A DNA stretch of 64,000 bases, taken from contig OZ251230.1 of NCBI GenBank assembly GCA_965240325.2, positions 1,984,001 through 2,048,000 on the forward strand, in the 5' to 3' direction. Both the position numbers and the translations under genes were made by a program. The stretch is from Rebecca billardiae RCC1528 (Eukaryota; Protista; Haptophyta). The notes under the pieces were generated by a model. That model was not told where the DNA came from, did no database searches, and saw only the letters and a list, made by a program, of their open reading frames with translations. Of this stretch, positions 42,618 through 56,980 are shown piece by piece (position 1 is the first letter of the stretch; each line of letters begins with the position of its first letter).

Positions 42618-42965
42618 TAGAGTAGTCATCATCATCATCACTCGGACTCGGTGGTCGTAGCCTGCCGCTGACAGCTGCCCCTGCACTCTGCAGCCTGCTG
42701 ATGCGCGCTGAAAGTAAATAGCGCGCGTCACTCGTCTAATCGCGCGTCGTCAGCGCTTCAGTCTTCACGAGTACTACTACGACTCATCAGCGCAGCGGCG
42801 ACGACGGCGACGATTGGCGGGCATATTGGCCGCGATTGCGGCTGATGATGATATCGTATCGTCAATTATCATGATGATGCCGCGCAGTATAGCATATCGG
42901 CGCTGCTGCGAATATGAATAATAAGCGCAGCAGTCAGCCGGCACGACTCAGTCATCAATAACATC

Positions 42966-43399
42966 TAGTGGGGTCAGAGCTCCGACCGTTACACTCCCGA
43001 GTGACACAATCTCCCGAAATCTCGAAATATGAAATATCTCCTCGGTTTGTAACTGTTTGAGTCCGTTTAAGTTCGTTTAGGCTTAATTCCAGGGTGTAGA
43101 ATCCGCCTGTGCCAATTTCAGACTGCCAAAATGTGATCTAGACGGTGCGATTCTGGTGCAAATAGCGAGATCACCTTGGAGATCGCGTATCTCCCCTACT
43201 AATGTTGCCGAGATCGCGTCGAGATTGAGATCGTATATCTCCAGTATGTGACCTTTTTTCGCAAAACTTGTCAGCGTGACCCCAGCTCATTTCATCAGGC
43301 GAATATTGACATCCCGAAGTTTGAGAGCCTCATCTCAAGACGACAGGAAGTTGGATTTTGGGCCACGCACCCCCTGGCAGTGGGGCTCTGACCCCTCTA
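42966..43399. mobile_element. 434-bp non-autonomous DNA transposon (MITE)
   Basis: TIRs TAGTGGGGTCAGAGCTCC / GGGGCTCTGACCCCTCTA (16 of 18 match); 9-bp duplication AATAACATC at 42957-42965 and 43400-43408; AT-rich interior; absent from paralogous spacers. Confidence 0.9.
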
Positions 43400-43835
43400 A
43401 ATAACATCATCACGCGCTGCCGTGTATGCGACTGCTGCTTATGCCGTGAGTGCTTATCAGTGCGCGCGCGGCCAACCGCCCTGGCGGCCCACCGACGGCG
43501 GTCAGGGATAGTCTGGGCGCGCCAGCACTGAGGGCATTGTCACTACCCACCCATATCCGCCGAGCCCCGCCCCTCCGCGGGCGCGGCCTGGGGTGCTGCT
43601 GAGCTGGAAGCGCCGAGTGCCCGCCGCCCTCGCGGTGCCCGCGCTCGAGCCGCCCGAGGGTCCCGCGTTGGCCCGTTGCCGCCCTCCTCGTCTGCTGCCA
43701 TCTCCACCAGCTTCTCAAGCTCGCCCAGGTCGTAGCCTCTGACGGCCGCCGAGCGGTCTGCCGCGCGGCAGCCGCGGCCGCCTTGGGACTACCGCTGCCT
43801 GCGCGTGCCTCGCCGCCTGCCGCCGCCGGAGCCTG

Positions 43836-46800
43836 CTACTGGGACCAGCGCGGAGGCCTCGATGGCTGCCACGTGGCACTCGCAGCCTCCGCCGCCGAGT
43901 CGCTCTGGTGAAAGTCGACGTGCCGCGACCTGCGGCGTGCCGCCGTGGGCGACGCGCTGTCATCGTCTGGCGGCGGCGAGGTCGGCGGCGGCGGCCGCCG
44001 ATGAATCAAGCGCGACCGCTGCCCGGGCGTGGACTGGGCACTGCGCGGAGTGGCGCCGGCGGCGGCCGCGTCCCCGCACGCGCCCGGCGCCGGCGTCGGC
44101 GGCGCGGACGTCGGCGCGCCGAGCCCGAGCTCGATCGCCGCCGCCCGCGCAGCCGCCTCCGCCTCCGCGTCGTCGCGAGGCGGTCGGCCGCTACTGGCGG
44201 CGCGGCGGCGGCGGTCGCCACTCGGTGAGCCAGCCGTCCCCGCGCGCGACGCCCACGCGGGCGGGTCGCGGGGGCGGGGTTCGGCGTGGCTGGCCAGTGG
44301 GGAGGACCAGCGCGGGGGCCGCGCCGGCTGGTGCGAGGCCCGCTGCGGCGAGCCGTCGCCGCTCAGGGCGTCGGTGTCGGAGTGGCGCGCCGGCCGCGCC
44401 GGCAGCTCGGCCTGCTGGAAGGCTACGTGTCGCGAGCGGCGGCGCGCCGGCGGCGAGCTTCCCTGGGAGCGCGGGCGCGTGAGCCCGGGGCGCGGCGCCT
44501 CGCCTGGGACGATCTCGCTGCCGCGCCTCACCGCGCCCACCTCCCCGCCCGCGCCCGTCGCCGTCGGCGCGGCCGTCGGCGCGGTGTACCCGAACGCAAT
44601 CGCAGCGGCGCGCGCCGCCGCCTCCACCTCTGCATCGGTGTGCGGCGCTCTCGCGCCGCCGCGCGCGGCCGAGGCGGAGGCGGAGGCGGTGGCGGGGCGG
44701 GGTGAGCCGGCGAGGCCGGGCGTGCTGCGGCCCGACGCGTTGGCCGTGCTCGGATCCGCCGGGTCGGCGCCGCTGCCGCTGCTGCTCGAGACACTCGACA
44801 CCGACGGCCTCACCGAGCGCTGCGCCGCCGCTGCGCGCTGCGGCTTGCACGCGGCCAGTTCGGCCGGCGCGGGCGCGGCGCGCGCTTGGGGCGAGCGCGG
44901 GCGGCGCGGCGTGGTGGAGCTCGCGATTGGCTCAACGCTCAGCCTGCGTGCCGGCGGTAGCGCGGGGCCCGGCGGCGGCGGCGGCGCGGGCTCGATGCTC
45001 AGCCTGCGCGCCGGCGGCGGCGGCGGCGCGGCTGCCGCCTGCCGTGCGGGCGGCGGCGCGCTCGGCGGCGGCTGCACTCCAAGTCGGCAGAGCGGAGGCT
45101 GCGGCGCCGGCCGCGGCGCGTCTGCCGCGGCCGCGGGCGTGTGCGGCTTGGCGGGCGGTGGGCCGGGGGCGCGCTCGAGGCTCAGCCGGCGCGGCGGCGG
45201 CATCGGCGGCGGGCGGCGCGACGAGGCGGCGGCGGCGGCGGCGGCGGCCGCGCCGGCGGCGGCCGCGCCGGCCGGCCGCGCTGGCTCGCGCGAAGGTTGC
45301 GGCGCGCGCGCCGTCACGGCTAGCGGCGGCGGCGGCGGCGGCGGCGTGGACGGCGGCGGCGGGCGGCGGGGCTTGGTGCCAGCCGCGCTCGACGCAGCCG
45401 GCGGCGCGCTCGGCGGCGGCCTCGGCGGCATCGCGGCCGGCGGCGGACGTCGCGGCGCTGGCGCGGAGCGCGGCGCGACATCGGCGGCTGTGGCGGCGCC
45501 GGGCCGGTGTGGCGAGCGAGCGCGCGGCGCCGGCACCGTGGCCGCGCCCGCGGTGGTGGGCGCGCGGCGCGCGCGCTCGGCGGCGGCGCGCTCGCGCTCG
45601 CGCCGCCCGCGCGCGCCGTCGGCGGCTGCGCCACCGCCGCCGCCGCCCGCGGGCTCAGCACGCCGCGTGGCGGGCGCGACGGCGGCGGCGACGACTGCGC
45701 CGAGCCAGCCGCCGTCGCCGCCGCCGCCGGCGCGGCGCTTTCGAAGCGCGGCCGGTCGCGGCACGATGCGCACGCGCGTGTGCGCGCCGAGCTCGCCCGC
45801 GCGCCCGAGCGCGCGCTGCCTCGCGCCGCGCGTGCGCAGCGCGCACAGCGCGACGCAGCACAGCAGCGCCGCGCACACCAGCACCACCACCACCGCCGGC
45901 GCGATCCCGCCCAGCCCGTCTCCGAGCGCGGACAGCGCGGCCGCGGCCGCAGTGATGCGTTGCGTCGACTGCGCGGTGAAGGCGTCGGGCGCGGCGTCGG
46001 AGAGGAGGACGTGCTCGGCGTTGAGCGCGCGCGTGCGCAGCTGCACGAGGGGCACGCTGCCGCCGCCCTCCTCGCGCACCACCAGCGTCACGCTCGGCTC
46101 GGACCCGTCGCTCTCATCCACCACCCAGCCGGCGGGCGCGCCCGGCGCGGCGCGCGCCCAGCGCGCATGATGGGCGCCAGTGCCAATGGCGCCCAGGCCG
46201 GCGCCGCCGGGGACGGGGAGGGAGATGGTGACGGCGGCGTCGAGGGTGCGCGCGGCGCGCAGCTCGAGCAGCTCGTCCGCGCTGAGCACCGCCAGCGTGA
46301 GCGCCGCCGTCACCTGCGCCGTGCCCGCGGGCGGCGCGCGCGCGGGCGCACTGTGCGCGGCCGCAATCAGTGCGACCGGCGCCGCCGCCGCCGGTAGCGC
46401 CGCCGATGCCGCGAGCGCGCCGTTCGGTGCGTCGGGCAGGCGGGCGGAGGCCTCGTCCGCGGCGGAGGTGCCTCCGCCGCGCGTGCGCAGCACCCACCCG
46501 CGCAGCGCCGACGCGGGCACCACCTCGAGCACCGCCTCCGCCGCGGGCGTGCGCAGCCGCAGCGGCTGCTCAAGTGGCGCGCGGCCGGCGAGCGCGCCCG
46601 CGGCCACGCGCGCGAGCGCGCGCCGCGACGCGTCGGCGAGCGCGGCCGAGGCGGACGGGTCGAGGTCGGGCGCGGCGGGCGCGCTCGCGCACGCGCCGAG
46701 CGCGCCCGCGAGCTGCCGCGCGTGCGCGCCGCGCACGCCGCCGCGCACGCCGTGCGCGCCGAGCGGCGCGGCCGCGGCCGCGGCCGCGGGCGCGACGGCC

Positions 46801-49800
46801 GCGTCGGCGGCGAGGGCAAAAGCGCGCGCGCACCCAATGGCTGTCGGCGGCGGCGCGCCGCCGGGCGCCGGGCTGACGAGGGCGAGCGCGAGCGCGCTGG
46901 CCCAGCCCACGGCGTGCGCGGACGGCGGCTCGAGCGCGAGCGCCGCGCGCGCGAGCGCCGGACCCAGCTCGAGCGCCGCGCCGAGCTCCGCGCAGCCGGC
47001 GGCAGCGGCCGCGCCCTCCGCGCCAGACGCGCAGCCGCGCTGCGCGGCGCGCGCGCCGATCGCGAGCGTTGCGCTTAGCAGCTCAGCGGCGGCGGCGGCG
47101 CCGTCGGCGCGGGCGAGCGCGTCGATCGCGGGCGCGAGCGCCGCGTGCGCCCCCTCGCCCGCCTCCGCCGCAACCACCGCGCCGTGCGCCCGCGCCTGCG
47201 CGCCCGCGCCCTCGTCACTCCAACTGTCGCCGTCCGCGTCGCCGCGCGCCACGCTCGCCGCCACGAGCGCGCGCGCGCCGCTCGGCGACTGCACGACACC
47301 CACGAGGGCGTGCTCGCCCGGGGGCAGGGTGAGCGGCGGCTCGAGCGTGGGCCAGAGGTGCGCGCGCGCGCCGAGCGGCACCGCCGGCCGCCCCGCCCCG
47401 CCGCCGTCCGCGTACACCGCGCGCGCACCGTCCGCCGCATCCCACGCCGCCGCGAGCGTCGCGCCGCCGGCGCCACTCGCGCCGAGCGCCGCACTCGGCG
47501 CGCCGTCGTCTGCCGCGTCGGCGTCGACGTCGAGCCAGCGGCGCAGCAGCGGCGCGGCGGCGCGCACCGCCGCGCCACCGTCCGCGCCGTCGTCGTCCGC
47601 GCCCGCCGGCGCGCGCGCGTCGCGCTTGAGCCAGAACGAGTAGAGCAGCGGCAAGTCGTCCGCCTCCGAGCCCGCGGCGGCGGCGGCGGCGCCCGCGGCC
47701 GCGCCGGCGGCGGCGGCGGCAGCGGCGGCGGCGGCGGCGGCGGGCGCTGTGGGCGGCGCCCAGCCGCTGAGCGAGGCGCGCACGGCGTTGGGCGTGGGCA
47801 TGGCGGTGCGCAGCGCGCCGCCGAACGGCGGCGCCGCGGTGCGCACCACCAGCGTCGCGCGCGCCGCGCCCGCGCCGAGCCCGCCGTCCGCCATCGTGAA
47901 ATGGTACTCTGCGGCGGGCCGGAGCGCGGCCGCGCGCACGACTAGATGCGACGCGCCGCCGAGCGGGGTGGCGGCGTTGGCGGGGTACGCGAGCGCGGCG
48001 GCGGTGACGGGCAGGCCGCGCGGCGCGCGCCACACGCTGCTCGCCGGCGCGGCCGCACCGCCGCCGCCCAGCGCCGCAGCCTCCGCCGCCGAGCCGGGCG
48101 CGAGGCCGCGCGCGCGCAGGCGCGCGCCATCATGCGCCGTGGATGCGGGCAGCGCGCGCGCGCCCGCCGCAGCGTCTGGCGGCGCGCCGCCGCGCGCGTC
48201 GAGGTGCGCGGCGGCGCTCGGCGCGTCCGAGCCGGCGAGCACGCGCACGCGCGCCGTCGCCGTCGCGTTGCCCGGCGCGCCGCCGCCCTCGCCCGGCAGC
48301 CGGCGCGAGACAGTCAGCGAGAACAGATAGAAATCGGCGGCGCCTGCGCTCGGCGGCGGCAGCTCGGCCGCGCCGCCGCGCAGTCTGAGCGCGGCGGCGC
48401 CGTCGGCGCGCGTGCCGGCGAGGATGGGCTCGGTGCCGAGCGCGCCGCCGCACGCGCCGCCCGCCGCGTCCGCGCAGCGCCACTCGAACCACAGCCCCTC
48501 GCCCTCCTCCTCGCCGCCCTCGCCGCCGCCTGACGCGTCGTCGTCGGCGGCGGCGGCCGCCGCGCCGGCGGCGCCCGCGCCCGCGGCGGCGGGGTCGAAT
48601 GACGCTGCTCCGTCGAGAAAGAGGGTGCCGCTTGCGCCGACGGTGCGCTCGGCGCCGCCGCTGATGAGCGCGCGCGGCGGCTCGGCGCGCACGCCGAGCG
48701 CGAGCGCCGCCGAGCCCACGCCCGCGCCGCCCGCCGCGGCGAGCACCGCCGCGTCGTGACCCGCCGCGCGCGACGCGGCGGCGCCGGCCGCTGCGAGCGG
48801 CGCGCCGCCCGCGCTGACGAGCCAACTGCTCACGCGCACGGCGTAGGCGCGGCCGGCGCGCAGCGACAGGGGCGGGAGGGCGAGGTGCACGCCGCGCACG
48901 CGCGCCTCGGCGCGCCACGCCGCGCGCGCGCCGAGCGTCGGGTGCGCCTCCCAGTCATCGCCGAGCAGCGTGTCCGCGCCGCCCGGCGGCGCGCGCGCCG
49001 CGGCGCCGAGCGGCGGCGCGCGCGGCGGCGGCGGCGGCGCGGGCGGCGGCGCGGGCGCGCCGCCGCCCGGCGCGACGAGCGAGCCGTTCGAGTCGAGCGC
49101 GAAGCCGGCGGACGCGGCGTACACGCTGCCGTTCCACGCCCACGCCGCGCCGAGCGGCTCACTGCCGTTCCGCGCCACCACCAGCCCGGCGCCCAGCCGC
49201 GCATCGGCGTGCACTCGCGCGAGCGCGCGCGCGGCCGCGCCTGCCGCGGCGGCCGCGCGCGCCGCGCGGCCGCGCAGCGCGGCGGTGAGCTGCGCAAAGG
49301 GGCCCGTGGCGAGCTCGTCGGCGGCGGCGTCGTCGTCGTCGTCCTCCTCCGCGCCCGCGCCGTCGAGCCCGCCGCCGAGCGCCGCCTCCGAGCCGTTGAA
49401 CCACCCGCCGCCCGCCTCCTGCCCGGCGCGCGGCGGCGGCACGCCACCGCCGTCCGGCGGCGCGCCCGTGCGCGCGTCCACCACATCCCAGCGCACGCGC
49501 GCGCGGCTGCCGGCCGGCGCGCACGGCGGGAGGGCGAGCGAGACGCGCACGCCGAGCGGCGCGCCGGCGGGCACGCCGAGAAGCCGGGGCGCGTGCACCG
49601 TGACCACCGGCGCGGGCGCGCTCGCGCCCACCCCGTCCGCCACGCGCACGATCGCCGCGCTCGCGCCCGCGCCCTCGCCGCGCGCGCCGGTCGCGCGCGC
49701 GGCCACGTGATAAGTCCCCCCAGCTGCGGCGGTGTGCGCGGACTCGAAGGCGAAGGGGCGCAGCGCGAGGCTGGCGCCGCCGTCGGCGGACGCGGCGGAC

Positions 49801-51432
49801 GCGGCGCGCAGCGCCGCGCGCAACGCGCGCGCGTCCGCGGCGTGCGGCAGCACGTCCCAACGCACCGCCACGCCGCCGCCGCCCGCCGCGCCGCCGCCGC
49901 CGCCGCCGCCGGCCGCGCCGGCCGCCGCCGCTGCGTCGCCGCCGAGCGCCGCCGCCGGCGCGCGCCAGTGCACGCCGGCGCCGCCGAGAACGGCGGCGGC
50001 GAGCTCGAGCTCGCGCGCGTCGGCGGCGGCGGGGTCGGCGCCCGCGCACGCGCGCGCCGGCGGCGGCACCGAGTCCGGCGCGCTCAGCGCCAGCGTGAGC
50101 GGCTCGGCGCGCGCGCCGGCCGCGACTGAGGCCAGCTCGGCCGCGGCCGCGGCGCGGCGCGCGTCGTCGTCGGCGTCGGCTGAATCGTCGTCGTCGTCCT
50201 CGTCCTCGTCGGCGGCGTGGGTGGCGGCGGCGGCGCTCGCGCCGGCGTACGCGAAGAGCGCCGCGCTCGCGCCGCGCGCGCCGCCGCCGTGCGCGCGCAG
50301 CGTCAGGTTCGCCGCGCGCGCGCACTCATCGACGCCAGCGCGCACGCAGCCCGCGTCTGCGCCCGCGTCCGCGTCCGCCGCCGCGTCGGCCGCGGGCGCG
50401 AGCGCGGCGGGGAGGATGCCAATGGCGTCGCCCACGTCGATGGCGGCGCCCGGCGCGACGCGCGCGACGAGCACGCGCGCCGCGTCCTCCCACACGCACG
50501 CCGCCTCACCCTCCGCGCCGCTCGCCGCCGGCAGCAGCTTAGTAACGGTCGCCACATCGAGCACGGCTGAGCACGGCCAGATTGCATCTCGGCGCGCCGG
50601 TGCGAGCCGCGAGGCGCCGCGCGCGTCCAAGCGGATGCGGACGGAGGAGCGGTCGGCGCTGAGCGTCGCGCTGAGCGGGGCGAGCGGCCAGCGCGCCGGC
50701 GTGCCGTCGTCGAAGCCGAACGACCTCCCCGCCTCCGCCGCCGCCGCCGCCTCGCCGCCGCCGCCGTCCGCCGCCGCCGCCTCGCCGAAAGACTGGCCGC
50801 CGTCGAGTGACACACGCACGCGCGCGCTGCCGCCGTCGGCGCGCGCGCGCGTCGCGAGACAGGTGAGCTCGGCGTCGGAGAGGTTGAGCGCGGGGCTGAA
50901 GCCGCCCTCGCACGCCGCGCCGTCCGAGCCCGCCGCGCCGCAGTCGCTCCCGAAGTCGCAGAGCGCGTGAGCCAGCGCGCTCGCGCGCGCCGCCGCGCCG
51001 CCGCCGAGCGCGCTCGCCAGGCCGTCAAGCCGCGCGCCTCGGACCGTGACGATTGTGGCGGCGGCCGCGCCCGTGGCGGGGGCGACGGCGTGCACGGCGG
51101 GCGGCGCGTACCACGCGAAGGGCAGCGCGCCCGCCTCGCCCTGCCCCACGCCGTCCGCCGCCGCCGCCGACACCGCCGTGCCATTCAGACCGAAGGCGGC
51201 GGCGGCGGCGGCCGCGCGCGCGCACTCTGCGGCGCCGCCGCCGCCGCCGGCGGCAGCGTCGGCGTCGGCGGCGGCGTGTGTGCAGTTGGCAAGCGCGTCG
51301 GCGGAGCGGCCGGCGGCGAGCCAGAGCCGCCCGGCGCCGGCGGCGCTCGCCGCGGGCACGCGGCAGGCGAAGCGCGCGCCCAAGCCCCCCACACGCACCG
51401 CGCGCACCACGGCCAGCGCCGCGCCCGTGCCC

Positions 51433-51487
<55 letters not shown>

Positions 51488-52627
51488 GCGGAGCCTCGAA
51501 GACGCAGGCCAGCCCGGGCGCGCGCGCGGCCGCGGGCACCGCGGCGGCGAGCGCGGCCAGCTGCGCCGCGGCGCGCACGACGACGAGGGTGCCGCCGCCG
51601 AGCGGCGCGCCCGCCGGCTGCGGCGCGGCACCTGTCTCGGCGAGCGGCGCGGCGGCGCCACCGCCCAGCAACGCGATGCGAACTCGCTCACAGCAGAAGA
51701 GCGGCCGCACCTCCAGCGCCGCGCCGAAGCCGCCGCCGCCGCCGAGCGCCAGGCTCACGTGGACGCTCGCGCCAGCCCAGCGCGCGGCCGCCTCGTCGTA
51801 CGCGCCGCCCTCGGCGCCGAGCGCGGCCGCGGCGGCGGTTACGTTGGCGGTTACGTTGAGCACAGCCGCTGGCACCTCACAGCTCGCCCACGCGCCATCT
51901 GGTGAGAGCGTAGCCGCCGACTCGCCGAGCGCCGCGCCGAGCTCGGCGCCGTCGGCGGCGTCCGCGCCCGCGCGCGCCGCCGCGTCCACCGCCGCGCCGT
52001 CGCGGAAGCGGCAGCGCGCGCCGCCGCCCTCGCCGACGCCGAAGAGCCCGCGGCCGCGCACGCGGATGCGCGCGCTGTGGTCGGCGCGCGCGCGCAAGAC
52101 GCGCGGCCACACCGCGCTGACGAAGCCGACGGTGTAGCCGAAGCCCACCGCTGGGGCGCTCGCGTTGGTGCGCGCCCACGCGGCGCGCACGCCGCCGCCC
52201 GCCGCCGCCGCGCCGCCGATCGCGCGCGGCGCGAGCAGCCCCGCAGGCAGCGGCAGCCGCGCGCCGAGCGCTGAGCCGTTGGGGTCGCGCAGCGCGGCGG
52301 CGCGCGCCGCCTCGCCCGCGCCCGCGCCCACGCCGAGCGGCAGCGACGGCGCGGCGTCGAGGTCGAGCACGGCGAGCGAGACGAGCGCGCCGAGCGGCGC
52401 CGCGCCCGCCGGCGGCACGGGCCCGCGCGCCGGCGGCACCTCGCACGCGCACGCCAGCTCGGCGCCGCCGGAGGCCGCGGCGGCGGCGGGCGCGTCCGCC
52501 GCGCGCACGGTGTCTCGGCCAAAGGCGCAGGCGAGCGCGCCGCACGCGCGCACGCCCGTGCTCAGCAGCAGCAGCCGGGCGCCGCCCTCGGCCGGCGCGT
52601 GCAGGGGCCCGAGCGCGCGCAGCACGC

Positions 52628-52658
<31 letters not shown>

Positions 52659-54016
52659 GCTCGCGGGCGGCGCGCACCACGCCGTGCGAGGGCACGCCGA
52701 CGCGCCCACCGCCGCGCGTGCGCTCTCAAGGGCTGCCCTTCCCGCCGCCGCGTCCGCCGCGTCCGCCGCGGCGCCCGCGAGCGCGGCGAGCGCGGCGAGC
52801 GCCTCCGTCGCGTCGGCGCCGTGCTCCGCGCCCGTCCCGTTCGCGCCCGTCCCGTTGGGCTGCGCGCCGGCGCTGCCGTTGCCGCCCGCCACCGTGGTGC
52901 CGTTGGCGGCGCCGGTGCCGTTGCGCGGCGCGCCGCTCAGCCCAAGGGCCGCGAACGGCTGGGCGGCGCGCGCGAGCAGCGCGCCGCCCAGGTAGCTGCC
53001 GCCCGCGCCGACGCGGCGCACGTACTCGCCGGCGGCGCTCGCCGCGCCCTCGCTCGCGCTCTGCGCGGCGCGCACCGCCGCCGCCGCCGGCGCGACGAAC
53101 TCGCGCACGGCGCGCACGCCGGCGGACGCGAGCGTCGCGAGGGGCGCGACGCTTGCGCCCGGCACACGCGCGGAGGGCGGCTGCTGCCCGTCTGCGTTGG
53201 TCACGATGGCGCGGAGCGTCGCGTCCGCGCCGAGGTCGAGGGCGCACGACGCGTTCGCCGCGACCGCCGCGTCGCTCGAGCCCGCCGCGAGCGCGGCCGC
53301 CTGCACCGCGTCCGCGAGCGCGTCGGCGAGCGCGCGCTGCACGCGCATCGCGTGCGGGCGCACGCGCGCCGCCGAGTAGGCCGCGCCCGGCGCGCCTCGC
53401 TCATACGCGGCAAGCGCGCCGGAGAGGAGGGTGGTGACGGCGTGCAGCGCGGCCGTCGCCTCCGCCAGCGCCGCGCGCGCCGCGGACGACTCGCCGCCCA
53501 GCCACAGCGCCGGGAACGGGTCGCCCAGCCCGCCGGTCGCGCGCGCGTCCACGCCGAGGCAGTGCGCCACAGCCAGCTCGGTCGCGAGCTCGAGATCGGA
53601 GTCGAGATCGGGCGAGGCGCCGGCGAGCGCGGGGAGGCGCGCGATCGCGGCGGCGTCGACGGCGCGCGCGTCGAGCTCGCGCGCCGCGAGCAGCACCGCC
53701 GTGGTCAGCGACGAGATCGACGCCTGCCCCGCCCCCGCCAGCAGCGGGATCCTCACGCCCAGCCCGGAGTCCGAGTCGACGCACGCGCCGCCCTCGGACG
53801 CGCTCAGCGCGTACGGCGCCGCGCCGTAGTCGCCGTTCTCGTTGAGCAGCGGGAAGCCACCGTCGGCGTCGGTCGGCGTGGAGGGCTCGCCCGGGTCGAG
53901 GACGCCGTCGCCGTCGAGGTCGACGAAGACCGTGCAGTCGCCGAGATAGCCGTCGTACGCGCGGCCGGTCGAGAACAGCGGCGGCGGCGGCGGAGAGGGC
54001 GACGGCGGCGGCGGCG

Positions 54017-54049
<33 letters not shown>

Positions 54050-56949
54050 GAGACGGCGGGCTGGGCGGCGGGAACGGCTCCGTGCGAGGCGGCGGCGGCG
54101 GGCTCGAGGGCGGCGAGGGCGGCGGCGGCGACGGCGGAGGTGCGGGCGGCGCCGACGGCGGCGGCGGGGACGGCGGCGGGCGCGGCGGGGGCGACGGCGG
54201 CGCCGCTGGCGGCGCCGACGGCGGCGGCGGCGGCTGCAGCGGCGGCGGCGTGGAGGGAGGCGGGCTCGGCGGCGGCATGGGCGGCGGGCTCGGCGGCGGC
54301 GCCGGAGGGCGCAGCGGCGGCGGCGAGGGCGGCGGCGAGGGCGGCGGCGAGGGCGGCGGCGGCGGCGGTGGTGACGGCGGCGGCGTGGGCGGCGGCGAGG
54401 GCGGCGGGCGCGGCGGCGGGCTCGGCGGGCGCGAGGGCGGCGGCGAGGGCGGCGGCGTCGGCGGTGGTAGCGAGGGCGGCGGCGACGGCGGCGGCGAGGG
54501 CGGAGCTGACGGCGGCGGCGATGGCGGCGGCGATGGCGGCGGCGAGGGCGGCGACGTGGGCGGCGGCGATGGCGGCGGGCGCGGCGGCGGGCTCGGCGGG
54601 CGCGACGGTGGTGGCGACGGTGGGGGCGATGGCGGCGGTGGCGAGGGCGGCGGCGAGGGCGGCGGCGAGGGCGGCGGGTGCGGCGGTGGCGAAGGCGGCG
54701 GGTGCGGCGGCGGGCTCGGCGGCCGCGATGGCGGCGGCGACGGTGGTGGCGAGGGTGGTGGTGGCGAGGGCGGCGGCGAGGGTGGAGGTGAGGGCGGCTG
54801 ACGGGGTGGTGGCGACGGCGGCGGGCTCGGCGGCGACGGCGGCGGGAACGGCTCTGTGCGCGGCGGTGGCGGCGGCGTGGGCGGCGGCGATGGCGGCGGC
54901 GATGGCGGCGGCGATGGCGGCGGCGACGGCGGTGGGAATGGCGGCAGCGGTGGCGGCGACGGTGGAGGCGCCGGTGGCGGCGAGGGCGGCGGCGCCGGCG
55001 GCAGGCTCGGCGGCGGCGACGGAGGCGGCGACGGCGCGAGCGGCGGTGGAAGCGGCGGATGCGAGGGCGGCGGCGAGGGCGACGGCGAGGGTGGCGGCGA
55101 GGGTGGTGGCGACGGCGGAGGTGACGGCGCGGTTGGTGGCTGGAAGGGCGGTGGCGATGGCGGAGCCGACGGCGGCGGCTGAGGCAGTGGCGACGGCGGT
55201 GGCGACGGCGGCGGCGACGGCGGCGGCGACGGCGGCGGCGACGGCGGCGGTGGCGATGGTGGCGGCGATGGTGGCGGCGAGGGCGGTGGCGATGGCGGCG
55301 GCGACGGCGGCGGTGAGGGCGGGGGTGAGGGCGGCGGTGAGGGCGGCGAGGGCGGCGGCAGCGGATCTGTGCGCGGCGGTGGCGGCGGCGCAGGTGGCGG
55401 ATAAGGGGGAGGCGACGGTGGTGAATGCGGTGGCGGCGATGGTGGCGGCGATGGTGGCGGCGATGGTGGCGACGGCGATGGCGGCGGCGTTGGCGGTGGA
55501 GACGGCGGGGGTGACGGCGGCGGCGGCGGCGGGAGTGGTGGCGGTGAGGGCGGCGGTGACGGTAGCGGCGATGGCGGTGGAGACGGTGGCGGCATCGGCG
55601 TTGGCGGCGGTGGGTCTGGTGGCGGTGATGGCGGTGGCAAAGGCGGAGGCGACGGCAGCGGCAAAGGTGGCGGCGCCGGTGGCGGCGATGGCGGTGGTGA
55701 CGGCAAGGGTGACGGCGGTGGCGGCGGTGGCGTGGGCGGCGGCTGTGGTGGCAGACTCGGCGGTGGCGCCGGCGGCGGTGATGGCGGTGGCGATGGTAGC
55801 GGGGAGGGCGGTGGTGATGGCGGCGGTGCCGGTGGGAGCGCCGGCGGCGGTGCCGGCGGTGGTGAGGGCGGCGGTGAGGGCGGCGAGGGCGGCGGCAGCG
55901 GATCTGTGCGCGGCGGTGGCGGCGGCGCAGGTGGCGGGGACGGTGGAGGCGACGGCGGCGCCGATGGCGGAGGTGATGGCGGCGGTGATGGCGGTTGCGA
56001 TGGCGGCGGTGAGGGCGGCGGCGACGGCGGTAGCCTCGGCAGCGGAGGCGGTGGCGATGGTGGCGATGGTGGCGGCGACGGCGGCGGTGGTAGCGACGGT
56101 GGCGGCGATGGCGGCGGCCGTGGCGGTGGCGTTGGCGGCGGTGACTGTGGCGGCGACGGCGAGAGTGGCGGTGGGGATGGCGGTGGAGACGGTGGCGGCA
56201 CGGGCGCGGATGACGGAGGTGGGCTCGGCGGCGGCAATGGTGGCGGCGGGTCTGGCGGTGGTGATGGCGGCGGAATCGGCGGCAGCACAGGCGGCGGCTT
56301 CGGTGGCAGCGCGGGTGGCGGCGACGGCGGTGGGAACGGCAAGGGTGGCGGCGGTGACGGCGGTGGCGATGGCGGCGGTATGGGCGATGGCTGCGGCGGC
56401 GTTGCTGGCGGCGGCGATGACGGTGGCGACGGCGGTGGCGATGGTGGTGATGACGGCGGCGGCGATGGCGGCGGCGGCGATGGCGGCGGTGATGGTGGTG
56501 GCGACGGTGGTGGCGACGGCGGCGGCGATGGCGGGGGTGACGGCGGCGGTGAGTGCGGCGAGGGCGGCGGCAACGGATCTGTGCGCGGCGGTGGCGGCGG
56601 CGCAGGTGGCGGGTACGGCGGAGGTGACGGCGGCGGCACAGGTGGCGTTGCTGGCGGCGGCGATGGCGGTTGCAATGGCGGCGGTGAGGGCGGTGGGCTT
56701 GGTGGCGGCGATGGCGGCGGCACCGGAAGTGGCGGCGGCGGCGATGGCGGTGGTGAGGGCGGCGACGACGGCGGCGGTGACGGCGGAGGCGATGGCGCGA
56801 GCGGCGGTGGCGATGGCGGTGGAGACGGTGGCAGCACAGGAGGCGGCGACGGTGGCGGCGATGGCGGCGGCGGCGGTGGTGACGAGGGCAGTGGCGACGG
56901 CGGTGGCGATGGCGGCGGTGATGGTGGTGGCGGCGACGGTGGCGGTAAT

Positions 56950-56980
<31 letters not shown>

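Noticed and set aside
43560-43835. Extra coding exon of the giant gene (GYDLGELEKLVEMAADEEGG, minus strand)
   Set aside because: It looks coding-like and follows a GCAG, but no convincing donor was identified; RNA-seq is needed.
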